From positions 81,934 to 145,933 of the forward strand of contig CAZMHV010000002.1 of NCBI GenBank assembly GCA_964566225.1: a stretch of DNA of 64,000 bases, in the 5' to 3' direction. The position numbers and the translations under genes are program-made. Origin of the DNA: an uncultured Gammaproteobacteria bacterium (GTDB lineage: Bacteria; Patescibacteriota; Patescibacteriia; Magasanikbacterales; UBA922). A model generated the notes under the pieces. It ran no database searches, was not told where the DNA came from, and worked only from the letters and a program-made list of their open reading frames with translations. Positions 10,303 to 18,792 of the stretch are shown here, piece after piece; within the stretch, counting starts at the first letter, position 1; every line of letters starts with the position of its first letter.

Positions 10303-11041
10303 TTGTATGCATTTTAAAACCGCAATCACTCACATCACTGATGATGGAAAGGAAATTATTCGTGGAAATAATTTTGATGAGCTCATTGAACACAAAACAT
10401 TTTCAGAAGTAATTTTTTTATTGCTGATGGGAAAACTACCGAATGAAAAAGAATTGAACATGATAAATGCATTTTTGGTTGCAGCCATTGATCATGGTCC
10501 TGGCACTGCTTCTGCGCTCACGGCTCGCATATCTGCATCGAGTAAAAATAGCATGCATACTTCACTCGCTGCAGGCCTTCTCGGGTTGGGTGAACGTCAT
10601 GGACTTGCCATCGAAGGAGCCATGAAATTTTTTCAAGAAAATATTGGTGCAGCTGATCTTGCATCACTCCTCAAACAAATGAAAGAACAAAAAAAGTATG
10701 CACCTGGATTTGGACACAGAATTTTATCGGTTGATAATCGAGCAAATACATTACTCGATATTGCCAAGAAAAATAATTTTTTTGGAAAACACTGTGAGTT
10801 TGCTCTGCAGGTACGTGACGAACTCAACAAAATTTCTTCAAAACCACTTCCCATAAATATTGATGGGGCTATGGGGGCGATTTTGTGCGACATGGGTGTG
10901 GATTCACGTTTGTCCAAGGGGATCTTTATGATTTCTCGTGTGCCAGGCTTGGTGGCACAAATTTACGAAGAAATGTGTAGTGACGAGGGACTCAGACGAC
11001 TCGAAAGTGATGAGATTGAATATATCGGTAAAGGACTGTAA
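10295..11041 (+). CDS. citrate synthase-like domain protein (citryl-CoA lyase / ATP-citrate-lyase C-terminal-domain-like)
   Basis: GFGHRIL (the GFGHRVY counterpart), LGERHG, and NIDGAMGAIL…SRVPGLVAQ match the catalytic C-terminal half of citrate synthase. Confidence 0.65.
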   Translation: MLNCMHFKTAITHITDDGKEIIRGNNFDELIEHKTFSEVIFLLLMGKLPNEKELNMINAFLVAAIDHGPGTASALTARISASSKNSMHTSLAAGLLGLGERHGLAIEGAMKFFQENIGAADLASLLKQMKEQKKYAPGFGHRILSVDNRANTLLDIAKKNNFFGKHCEFALQVRDELNKISSKPLPINIDGAMGAILCDMGVDSRLSKGIFMISRVPGLVAQIYEEMCSDEGLRRLESDEIEYIGKGL

Positions 11042-11052
11042 AATACATATAT

Positions 11053-11571
11053 ATGGATATTCTTTCACATGGCCTGTGGGGTGGCGCAGCCTTTGGTCGC
11101 AAAACAAAAAAGAGTTTTTGGCTGGCCTTTGGATTTGGTGTGGCACCAGATCTATTTTCGTTTGGGATTTTTACAGCCATGAATGTGCTTGGTTTTGTGT
11201 CTGGCCCAGATTGGTCAAATGGCCCACCGAGTAATGAAAGTATCCCTGCATACGTCCATAGTCTGTATAATGTCACTCACAGTTTGGTCATTTTTTCTAT
11301 AATTTTTCTCGTTGTGTGGCTACTACGCAAAAAGCCATTGTACGAAATGCTTGCGTGGCCACTCCATATATTGTTGGACATTCCTACTCACTCTACTCGT
11401 TTTTTTGCCACACCATTTTTGTGGCCCATCACGAGTTATAAAATAGATGGGGTACCTTGGTCAAATCCTTGGATTTTTTTTCCTGATTGGATATTGCTTT
11501 TTGTAGTCTATGGGTATTTGTGGTACCAAAAGAAAAAGCGAATGCAGTCTAAAAAGGAAAAAACTTCGTAA
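11053..11571 (+). CDS. membrane-bound metal-dependent hydrolase-like protein (YdjM/DUF457-like)
   Basis: MDILSHGLWGGA… start and polytopic hydrophobic profile. Confidence 0.45.
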   Translation: MDILSHGLWGGAAFGRKTKKSFWLAFGFGVAPDLFSFGIFTAMNVLGFVSGPDWSNGPPSNESIPAYVHSLYNVTHSLVIFSIIFLVVWLLRKKPLYEMLAWPLHILLDIPTHSTRFFATPFLWPITSYKIDGVPWSNPWIFFPDWILLFVVYGYLWYQKKKRMQSKKEKTS

Positions 11572-11715
11572 GATTGACATTTTCAGGATTTTGTGATATT
11601 TCTACTTGTGCGTGTGGGGAAATATTTGGTATTTTTTCCCATACACTCTCTGTGCAAATCGGTCAGCAACACAAGTTTGCGGCCGATTCTTTTTTCTCTC
11701 GTTTTTTGAATATAT

Positions 11716-12963
11716 ATGAACCAAAAACCATTTGAAGTCATGTCTCCCGCAGGGTCATGGGAAACGCTCAATGCTGCCATCAAAGGTGGCGCTGATTCAG
11801 TGTACTTTGGCATTGAACAGCTCAACATGCGTGCTCGCGCAGCCAACAATTTTAAAATTTCTGAACTTGGTGAAATTGTACGTCACTGTAGTGATCACAA
11901 TGTCAAAACGTATCTTACTCTCAACACCATTTTATATGATCACGATATTCCTCTCATGAAAAAAATTTGTGACGAGGCCAAAAAGGCTGGTGTGACCGCA
12001 GCGATTACCTGTGATCTCGCTGGAATTATGTATGCGCATTCGATTGGTCTTGAAGTACATATTTCTACACAGCAAAATATTAGTAACATTGAACAAGTAA
12101 AATTTTTTGCACAGTATGCAGATGTTGTGGTGCTCGCGCGTGAACTCACACTCAAACAAATTCAGTATATTTGTGACGAAATTAAAAAACAAGACATTCG
12201 CGGACCAAAAGGAAATTTGGTAGAAGTAGAAATTTTTGTACATGGTGCTTTGTGTGTTGCCATCTCGGGTAAATGTCACATGAGTTTAGCCACACAAAAT
12301 GCCTCGGCCAATCGTGGTGCCTGCATTCAAAATTGTCGTCGTGCATATCGTGTGATTGACGAAGAAACCGGTGATGAACTCGTGCTTGAAAATAAATATG
12401 TCATGTCTCCAAAAGATTTGTGTACGGTTGGATTTCTGGATCAACTCTTGAAAGCGGGAGTGCGAGTACTCAAAATTGAAGGCCGGGGCAAATCTGCTGA
12501 TTATGTGTATACCGTTACAAAAGTATACAAAGAAGCAGGAGAGGCAGTTTTGAACGGAACTTTTACCAAAGAAAAAGTAGATGAATGGATGACACTTTTG
12601 GGCACGGTGCACAACCGTGGTTTTTGGGAAGGTGGATATTATCTTGGCAAAAAACTTGGTGAATGGAGTGGAAATTATGGTTCACAAGCCACCAAAGAAA
12701 AAATTTGTATTGGTGTTGGTCAAGGATATTTTGAAAAAACAAAAATTGGAGAGTTCCGCATGGACAGTGGCGAACTCAAACGTGGTGATGAAATTTGGAT
12801 TACGGGCAAGACTACAGGAATTATTCAAACCACAGTCAAAGACTTGTATGTTGATGGTGTTCCAGCAGAAAAAGCCATGAAGGGAGACATTATCACCATG
12901 CCAATTGATGAAAAAATTCGTAAGAGTGATAAATTATTTTTAGTGGTATCAAAACATGCCTAA
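11716..12963 (+). CDS. peptidase U32 family protein (collagenase-like)
   Basis: EIFVHGALCVAISGKCHMS U32 signature. Confidence 0.85.
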   Translation: MNQKPFEVMSPAGSWETLNAAIKGGADSVYFGIEQLNMRARAANNFKISELGEIVRHCSDHNVKTYLTLNTILYDHDIPLMKKICDEAKKAGVTAAITCDLAGIMYAHSIGLEVHISTQQNISNIEQVKFFAQYADVVVLARELTLKQIQYICDEIKKQDIRGPKGNLVEVEIFVHGALCVAISGKCHMSLATQNASANRGACIQNCRRAYRVIDEETGDELVLENKYVMSPKDLCTVGFLDQLLKAGVRVLKIEGRGKSADYVYTVTKVYKEAGEAVLNGTFTKEKVDEWMTLLGTVHNRGFWEGGYYLGKKLGEWSGNYGSQATKEKICIGVGQGYFEKTKIGEFRMDSGELKRGDEIWITGKTTGIIQTTVKDLYVDGVPAEKAMKGDIITMPIDEKIRKSDKLFLVVSKHA

Positions 12964-13198
12964 GATTATTCACCAAAAAGAAGATTGTATTGGCTGCAAC
13001 TCATGTGTGGAGTATGCTTGTGCGTATTGGAAAATGATGGAAGATGGAAAGTCTGAACTGATTGGTGGCGTCAAAAAAGGGGATGTGTATATAAAAGAGA
13101 TTGCAGATATTGAAGTCGAACAAAATGAAATGGCTGCCATTTCGTGCCCCATGCATATTATCAAAATTGTAGATGATTCGGGCAAGGAAATTATTTAA
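12956..13198 (+). CDS. small ferredoxin-like Cys-cluster protein
   Basis: CIGCNSC…C and a C-terminal CP motif; 80 aa; overlaps the U32 gene stop. Confidence 0.5.
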   Translation: MPKIIHQKEDCIGCNSCVEYACAYWKMMEDGKSELIGGVKKGDVYIKEIADIEVEQNEMAAISCPMHIIKIVDDSGKEII

Positions 13199-13286
13199 AA
13201 GTGAATAGAAAAAGACTGTCTTCCAAAGGATTGTCTTTTTTTTTATATACGAGTACACTTGATACGTAAATACCTAATATGTTTTT

Positions 13287-13571
13287 ATGTATTATCCTCC
13301 TCGTGATGGCTGGAAAAATTTAGAACAAGCCCATCGTATGGGTGTATCTTGGGGTCAAATTTGGTCTATTATTGGAGCGGTAGCTCTTATGGCAGTCATA
13401 GGTTTTGGGATTTCTGTTTTTGTTGGAAGACAAAATGCCAAAATGATAGAACAAAAAATAAATGAGGCCACCTCACAGGCTGAAGTGAATCAAAATGATG
13501 TTCAAAAACAAATTCAAAATAGTGTTGATCAAAAACTTCGTGAAGCTGGAATTGATCCAGTGCAAAAATAA
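13287..13571 (+). CDS. hypothetical small membrane-anchored coiled-coil protein
   Basis: One TM helix followed by a Gln/Lys-rich helix; no homology recognised. Confidence 0.35.
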   Translation: MYYPPRDGWKNLEQAHRMGVSWGQIWSIIGAVALMAVIGFGISVFVGRQNAKMIEQKINEATSQAEVNQNDVQKQIQNSVDQKLREAGIDPVQK

Positions 13572-13576
13572 CGTCT

Positions 13577-14848
13577 ATGCAAAAAATCCTTGATCTTCAT
13601 ATTCATTCTCGTTACTCACGTGCTTGTTCACAGTCTCTGAACTTGCAGAACATTGCTGCAGCATGTGAATTGCGAGGCATCGACATCGTCACCACCGGGG
13701 ATTTTACGCATCCAAAGTGGTTTGAAAGCATTCACAATGAATTGGTTGAAGATACGGCAGGAATATATAAGTTAAAGAATAATTCGAGTAAAACACGATT
13801 TCTTATTGGCACTGAAGTTGCGTCCATCAAAAAACATAAAGACAAAACACGTCGTGTCCATCATTTGCTTTTTGCACCAACTATTGATGTTGCTCAAAAA
13901 TTCAATGCATATCTCACAAATAGGGGATGTAACTTGAAAGCAGACGGTCGTCCCATACTCGGACTCACGTCCAAAGAGATTCTCGAAGTCATGCTGAGCA
14001 TCGACGAACGCATGGTAATGATCCCTGCACATGCGTGGACGCCCTGGTTTGGTATTTTTGGTTCCAAAGGTGGCTACAACACGCTTGAAGAAGCCTACGA
14101 TGAATTGACACCTTACATTAACGCAATTGAAACAGGACTCTCGAGTGATCCACTCATGAATTGGCGATTGTCGCAGCTCGACAACATTACACTTATTTCC
14201 AATTCAGATGCACACAGTCCACAAAAACTCGGACGCGAGGCCAATATATTGCAATTTGAAAATGAAAAAGAAATAACATATGCCGAGATTATGCGTGTGA
14301 TTCGTGAAGGAGACAAAAAGAAATTTGTTTCGACCATTGAATTTTATCCCGAAGAAGGCAAGTATCATGTTGATGGTCATGCCCTGTGTAATTTTTGGTG
14401 CACACCAGAAGAAACAAAAAAACACAAAGGTATTTGCCCTGTGTGCAAAAAACAGCTCGTCATTGGAGTTATGAATCGTGTGGCAGAGTTGGCAGATAGA
14501 ACAGAGCTGCATGCACGTCAAGCTGCGCGTATTCCATACCAAAGTATTGTGCCACTGCCCGAGATTATTGCAGATGTACTTGGTGTTGGTGTGGCAAGTA
14601 AGGCCGTGCAAAAACAGTATGCACAACTTTTGCAAACACTTGGCAATGAATTTCATATTTTACTTGAAGTTTCACCCAAAGAAATTGAAAAGGCGAGTAC
14701 ACCACAGATTGCTGAGGCGGTGCAGCGTGTGCGCAGTGGAAATATTTATATTCGGCCAGGGTACGATGGTGTATTTGGTGTGGTAAAAGTATTTCAAGAT
14801 GATGAAGAACGTAAAAAACAAAAACAACTTGGGATTGAACTTGAATAA
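13577..14848 (+). CDS. PHP-domain nuclease-like protein (TIGR00375 / endonuclease Q-like) with C-terminal Zn-ribbon
   Basis: LDLHIHSRYSRA PHP metal-binding N-terminus; C-x2-C…C-x2-C (CNFWC…CPVC). Confidence 0.5.
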   Translation: MQKILDLHIHSRYSRACSQSLNLQNIAAACELRGIDIVTTGDFTHPKWFESIHNELVEDTAGIYKLKNNSSKTRFLIGTEVASIKKHKDKTRRVHHLLFAPTIDVAQKFNAYLTNRGCNLKADGRPILGLTSKEILEVMLSIDERMVMIPAHAWTPWFGIFGSKGGYNTLEEAYDELTPYINAIETGLSSDPLMNWRLSQLDNITLISNSDAHSPQKLGREANILQFENEKEITYAEIMRVIREGDKKKFVSTIEFYPEEGKYHVDGHALCNFWCTPEETKKHKGICPVCKKQLVIGVMNRVAELADRTELHARQAARIPYQSIVPLPEIIADVLGVGVASKAVQKQYAQLLQTLGNEFHILLEVSPKEIEKASTPQIAEAVQRVRSGNIYIRPGYDGVFGVVKVFQDDEERKKQKQLGIELE

Positions 14849-14851
14849 AAA

Positions 14852-14882
14852 CAAAAAATCCCCAGTGAAGGGGATTTTTTTA
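14852..14882. terminator. rho-independent terminator (bidirectional)
   Basis: aaaaaatcccc-agtgaa-ggggattttttt hairpin between convergent genes. Confidence 0.8.
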
Positions 14883-14898
14883 TTGCTTTAAGAAAGTA

Positions 14899-15036
14899 TT
14901 ATTTTCTTTTAGCAGCCTTGCGAGCGGCCTTGCGCTTTGGAGCAGCCTTGCGAGCTGGTCTCTTAGCAGCAGCTTTGCGCTTTGGAGCAGCCTTGCGAGC
15001 TGGTCTTTTAGCAGCAGCTTTTCTTTTTGCTGGCAT
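14899..15036 (-). CDS. histone H1-like Lys/Ala-rich DNA-binding protein
   Basis: MPAKRKAAAKRPARKAAPKRKAAAKRPARKAAPKRKAARKAAKRK. The track ORF extends to 15102; the internal ATG at 15036 gives the basic 45-aa protein. Confidence 0.55.
   Translation of the reverse strand: MPAKRKAAAKRPARKAAPKRKAAAKRPARKAAPKRKAARKAAKRK
14929..15018. repeat. 2 x 45-bp tandem direct repeat inside the histone-like gene
   Basis: gcgctttggagcagccttgcgagctggtct occurs twice, 45 bp apart; encodes the AAKRPARKAAPKRKA repeats. Confidence 0.8.
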
Positions 15037-15270
15037 AATAGTGTGTATTATGTTTGAATAATTGCGCGATGTAACTTTTGATATTACCATGGTGCATACC
15101 AAATGGCGTTACATTCACGTGAAGAAAATATTTTTACATGACAAGCATGGATGTAAAAAATTTTTCTTTCGAAATGTTTATGAAAAACATTTTGTTCCGA
15201 CCTTTATAAGTAGTATAAACTTTTTTTCAATATTTTGAAATAGATCGTCAACAAAAACTGTGGATATGTT

Positions 15271-15723
15271 TTGTTTGTAAAAAATAAATTTGTAAGATAT
15301 GATGATAAAAAATATATTTTTATGAGTGAATACAAAAGAAAAATTCATAATGACATTGAAAATTCCACACAAAAAGAAATTGCACGACTGGAACAATGTA
15401 TTATTGCATCAAACAATTCTGGACTTTGGATTGAAATGAAAATTATTGATCCAAAAAATCAAGAAAATTTTTTTCGAGAGATTTTTTCGTTCAAAAGAAA
15501 AAGGTTGATATCTATTGCAACTGAGAGTTTAAAATTTTTTCAGGATGAAAATTTAAGAAGAGAATCCTCTGACGTGGTTTTGTATATTTGTCCAAACTTT
15601 GGTGATACAACATTATTTCCTATACAAAAACAACCCATTTCATTATTGGCACGATTACTGCTTACCTGTAAGGAAGTCAAAATTGTTCGTAATAGTGATA
15701 TAAAAAACAAAAATACGCCTTGA
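15271..15723 (+). CDS. hypothetical protein
   Basis: ORF only; AT-rich and Lys-rich; no motif. Confidence 0.3.
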   Translation: MFVKNKFVRYDDKKYIFMSEYKRKIHNDIENSTQKEIARLEQCIIASNNSGLWIEMKIIDPKNQENFFREIFSFKRKRLISIATESLKFFQDENLRRESSDVVLYICPNFGDTTLFPIQKQPISLLARLLLTCKEVKIVRNSDIKNKNTP

Positions 15724-15738
15724 AGCGTAATATATATG

Positions 15739-15810
15739 TCCTCTCGGGCGGAATCGAACCGTCATCGTAGGTTCCGGAAACCTATGTTCTATCCATTGAA
15801 CTACGAGAGG
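15739..15810 (-). tRNA. tRNA-Arg (anticodon CCG)
   Basis: Reverse complement folds as a cloverleaf: acceptor CCTCTCG/CGAGAGG, D-stem GTTC/GAAC, anticodon loop TTCCGGA, T-loop TTCGATT. Confidence 0.8.
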
Positions 15811-16549
15811 CTTGTGTCAGCTTGTCTGAAATTTCTGCCAGTTGTTTTTGAACGCGTTTTAATATTTTTTCACCTTCTTCAATACTTTGTTCAATCCATT
15901 GAAGGCCAAAAGTTTGTTTGTGCCACTCAAATGTATTCATATCATTCACCCATACTAAAAACTCTTGCATACTTTGTTCAAAAAAAAGTTTTGCTTTTTC
16001 TGTTCGAAAGTGAAGTTCTTTGGAGTGCAAAAACCACCAAATAGCTATTTTGTATTTATATTGATTGAGTTTGGACTCATGTGCAAAAGCGTACAGAAAA
16101 TTCAGTCTTTCTATACAAAGTGTATCAAGTGTGTCAGAGTCTTTTAAAATTGAAAGGAGTATTCGATGTTTTTTATGAAGTAAAAGGTGAACAAAAATTT
16201 TTCCTGTTCCAATATTACTGCACATAATAATTCTTATTGCCAAACTTATCGTTGTACTAAATTCCTTTACTTTGAGAGATTCTTTCCATAAAAGAAAGGC
16301 TGAAATCATGTCATCGACCAGTCTCATCCATATAATAGAGGGTTTTTTTATAACTGTTCGTCCTGTATCGTGCCACCACGCAGCCAAAATAAGTGCATCA
16401 CGTTCTTTTTGGTTCAAATCAAAAGTACGGCTAATTTGTTCAGCATTTTCAGCGACTCTTCGTGCATGACTCATATCATGGTAGGCATCACCAGATTGCA
16501 GCATTCTTTTTTCAGCTACCTCAATAAGTTGTCGAATTCTTTTTTGCAT
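15782..16549 (-). CDS. HD-domain phosphohydrolase
   Basis: WWHDTGR HD motif. Start trimmed to the internal Met because the track ORF 5' end overlaps tRNA-Ile; the last 9 codons and stop lie inside the tRNA-Arg sequence. Confidence 0.55.
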   Translation of the reverse strand: MQKRIRQLIEVAEKRMLQSGDAYHDMSHARRVAENAEQISRTFDLNQKERDALILAAWWHDTGRTVIKKPSIIWMRLVDDMISAFLLWKESLKVKEFSTTISLAIRIIMCSNIGTGKIFVHLLLHKKHRILLSILKDSDTLDTLCIERLNFLYAFAHESKLNQYKYKIAIWWFLHSKELHFRTEKAKLFFEQSMQEFLVWVNDMNTFEWHKQTFGLQWIEQSIEEGEKILKRVQKQLAEISDKLTQASRSSMDRT

Positions 16550-16558
16550 AAAAAATTG

Positions 16559-16631
16559 TGCGCCCAGATGGCTTCGAACCATCGACCCCAACGTTATAAG
16601 CGTTATGCTCTAACCCCTGAGCTATGGGCGC
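16559..16631 (-). tRNA. tRNA-Ile (anticodon UAU)
   Basis: Reverse complement GCGCCCATAGCTCAGGGGTTAGAGCATAACGCTTATAACGTTGGGGTCGATGGTTCGAAGCCATCTGGGCGCA: 7-bp acceptor, D-loop with GG, anticodon loop CTTATAA, T-loop TTCGAAG. Confidence 0.75.
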
Positions 16632-16736
16632 ATAGAAGGCTTGCTTCTTCAAAACAGAAGAATTATACCAGAAGCCCCTTGATTTTTCAAGGCTTTTGCG
16701 CTATACTTGGCTTTATACTCAAATATAAGCCATTCC

Positions 16737-17708
16737 ATGAAAAATATTGACCAAGAACTGATAATTTCACCCGAAGACGTGGGTAAGCGCATTGATGCGC
16801 TCCTGGCGCAGATTTTGGGTATCAGCCGTGTTCAAACCGCTATACTTATTGAAAAAGCACGTGTGAAAATGGGTGATCGTGTCATTCGTAAATCATCAGA
16901 AAGACTCAAAGCTGGGCAAAATCTCGTTTTACTCGCTCCAGAACAAGACGAAGTTGAAACCGCCCACATTGTCCAAAAGGTGGTTTTCCCAGAAATTGAA
17001 ATTCTCAAGGAAACCGATGACTATATTGTCTTCAATAAACCCTCTGGCCTTTTGGTACATGAAACCGAAGCACATGAACCGGTAACTCTTGCGGCCTGGC
17101 TTCTTCATCACTATCCACAAATGCAGGGGATTGGTGAAAATCCAACTCGTCCTGGTATTGTGCATCGTCTTGATAAAGACGCTTCAGGTGTGCTTGTGGT
17201 AGCCAAAACTCAGGCTATGTTTGATGCTCTCAAGGCACAGTTTAAAGAACGTACTATTGAAAAAGAATATCGTGTCTTGGTACAAGGTGTGGTAGAAAAA
17301 GATGAAGGGAAAATTGACTTCGCCATTGATCGTGGAAGCGATGGTAGAATGGTTGCTCGACCACGTACTGAAAAGGTCTCTTTGAAAAATGTTGCCAAAC
17401 TTCAAGAAGGCAAAGAAGCCCTGACTGAATTTACCGTATTGCAGCGATTTATCAATTATACAATGCTGGCTGTTCGCATTCATACTGGCCGTACTCACCA
17501 AATTCGTGTGCACATGTTTGCCTACAATCATCCAGTGGTAGGGGACACTTTATATTTTCAAAAAAAGCTTGAAAAATTTAACAAAGGCATTGGTCGGCTT
17601 TTTCTGCATTCTTACCGAATCGGCTTTACGAATCTGACAGGAGAAAAAGTCGAAGTTATTGCACCACTCCCAGAGAAACTTGAAGAATTTTTGAAAAAAA
17701 TTAAGTAA
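16737..17708 (+). CDS. RluD/RluC-type pseudouridine synthase with N-terminal S4 domain
   Basis: S4-like N-terminus and HRLDKDASGVLVVAKT catalytic motif. Confidence 0.8.
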   Translation: MKNIDQELIISPEDVGKRIDALLAQILGISRVQTAILIEKARVKMGDRVIRKSSERLKAGQNLVLLAPEQDEVETAHIVQKVVFPEIEILKETDDYIVFNKPSGLLVHETEAHEPVTLAAWLLHHYPQMQGIGENPTRPGIVHRLDKDASGVLVVAKTQAMFDALKAQFKERTIEKEYRVLVQGVVEKDEGKIDFAIDRGSDGRMVARPRTEKVSLKNVAKLQEGKEALTEFTVLQRFINYTMLAVRIHTGRTHQIRVHMFAYNHPVVGDTLYFQKKLEKFNKGIGRLFLHSYRIGFTNLTGEKVEVIAPLPEKLEEFLKKIK

Positions 17709-17709
17709 T

Positions 17710-18267
17710 ATGGGAACACTTGTTGTCATATCATCACCTTCTGGAGCTGGCAAAAACTCTGTTATTCGCCGTCTTTTGGAAATTTTCCCAAGCAGTGCCC
17801 GGTTTGTAACAACTACAACTCGCAGCCCTCGACCTGGTGAACAAGAGGGAAAAGACTATTTTTTTGTATCACGAGAAAATTTTGAAGCCATGGTTGGGGA
17901 AGATAAATTCATCGAACACAATGTGTATGCAGATGAATATTATGGTTCAGAAAAAGAAAAGCTTGAGGCTGTGCTTCAAAAATATGACTACGTTTTTGTG
18001 GCGATGGATGTCAACGGCAAACACTCACTTGATACTTTGGGCATTCCTCATGTATCAATTTTTCTCCTTCCCGAAGATATGAGTGTTCTCGAACAGCGTA
18101 TTGAAGTGCGTGGGGGAGTCACAGAACAAGAAGTCCAAAAACGCTTGGCTACCGCCCGTGAAGAACTCAAGGCTGCCAATGACTATGACCGTAAGGTGGT
18201 GAATCCAGAAGGCAAAATGGAAGAGGCCGTCCAAGAAATCGTGGAATTTTTGCACAGTAGAGTCTAA
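17710..18267 (+). CDS. gmk: guanylate kinase
   Basis: SSPSGAGKNS P-loop; TTTRSPRPGEQEGKDYFFVSRENFE. Confidence 0.9.
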   Translation: MGTLVVISSPSGAGKNSVIRRLLEIFPSSARFVTTTTRSPRPGEQEGKDYFFVSRENFEAMVGEDKFIEHNVYADEYYGSEKEKLEAVLQKYDYVFVAMDVNGKHSLDTLGIPHVSIFLLPEDMSVLEQRIEVRGGVTEQEVQKRLATAREELKAANDYDRKVVNPEGKMEEAVQEIVEFLHSRV

Positions 18268-18287
18268 AAATACACCTTTTGACCCTC

Positions 18288-18316
18288 TTGACAAAAATCC
18301 TCCTTTCGGGTATAGT
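18288..18316 (+). promoter_or_regulatory. sigma70-like promoter upstream of rplS
   Basis: TTGACA - 17 nt - TATAGT. Confidence 0.45.
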
Positions 18317-18386
18317 ACTGCCACTATAACTTATATCCTCACGTTGGGAGAACTCAAACTCAACCTCTGAATTTAATCATTTTTTT

Positions 18387-18743
18387 ATGTCAGAAGACAT
18401 CCGCATGAGTATTGCCCCTGGTATGATCGTGAAGGTCCATCAGAAAATTAAAGAAACTGATGCCAAGGGACAAGAAAAAGAACGTATTCAGATTTTTGAA
18501 GGAATGGTCCTTGCTACCAAGCATGGTCATGAAGTGGGCGCAACATTCACTGTTCGCAAAGTTTCAGACGGCGTTGGCGTGGAAAGAATTTTCCCAATCA
18601 ACTCCCCAGTGGTAGACAAAGTAGAACTCGTTCGCCAAATGCGCGTTCGCCGTTCAAAACTCTACTTCCTCCGCGATTACTCAAAGAAGCTCAAAGAAGT
18701 AAAGAAACCAAAGAAAGCAGTAAAGGCAGAAGTAACAGCGTAA
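18387..18743 (+). CDS. rplS: 50S ribosomal protein L19
   Basis: …[31 protein letters not shown]… L19 core. Confidence 0.9.
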   Translation: MSEDIRMSIAPGMIVKVHQKIKETDAKGQEKERIQIFEGMVLATKHGHEVGATFTVRKVSDGVGVERIFPINSPVVDKVELVRQMRVRRSKLYFLRDYSKKLKEVKKPKKAVKAEVTA

Positions 18744-18753
18744 TACAAATATT

Positions 18754-18785
18754 AAAAAAATCCCGTCGAAACGGGATTTTTTTTC
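18754..18785. terminator. bidirectional rho-independent terminator
   Basis: aaaaaaatcccgt-cgaa-acgggattttttt between convergent rplS and uvrA. Confidence 0.8.
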
Positions 18786-18792
18786 ATGTAAA

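Noticed and set aside
14204-14656. 150-aa minus-strand ORF
   Set aside because: Antisense inside the PHP-domain gene; Cys/His-rich but without motif spacing.
15736-16044. 102-aa plus-strand ORF
   Set aside because: Overlaps the antisense of tRNA-Arg and the HD-domain gene.
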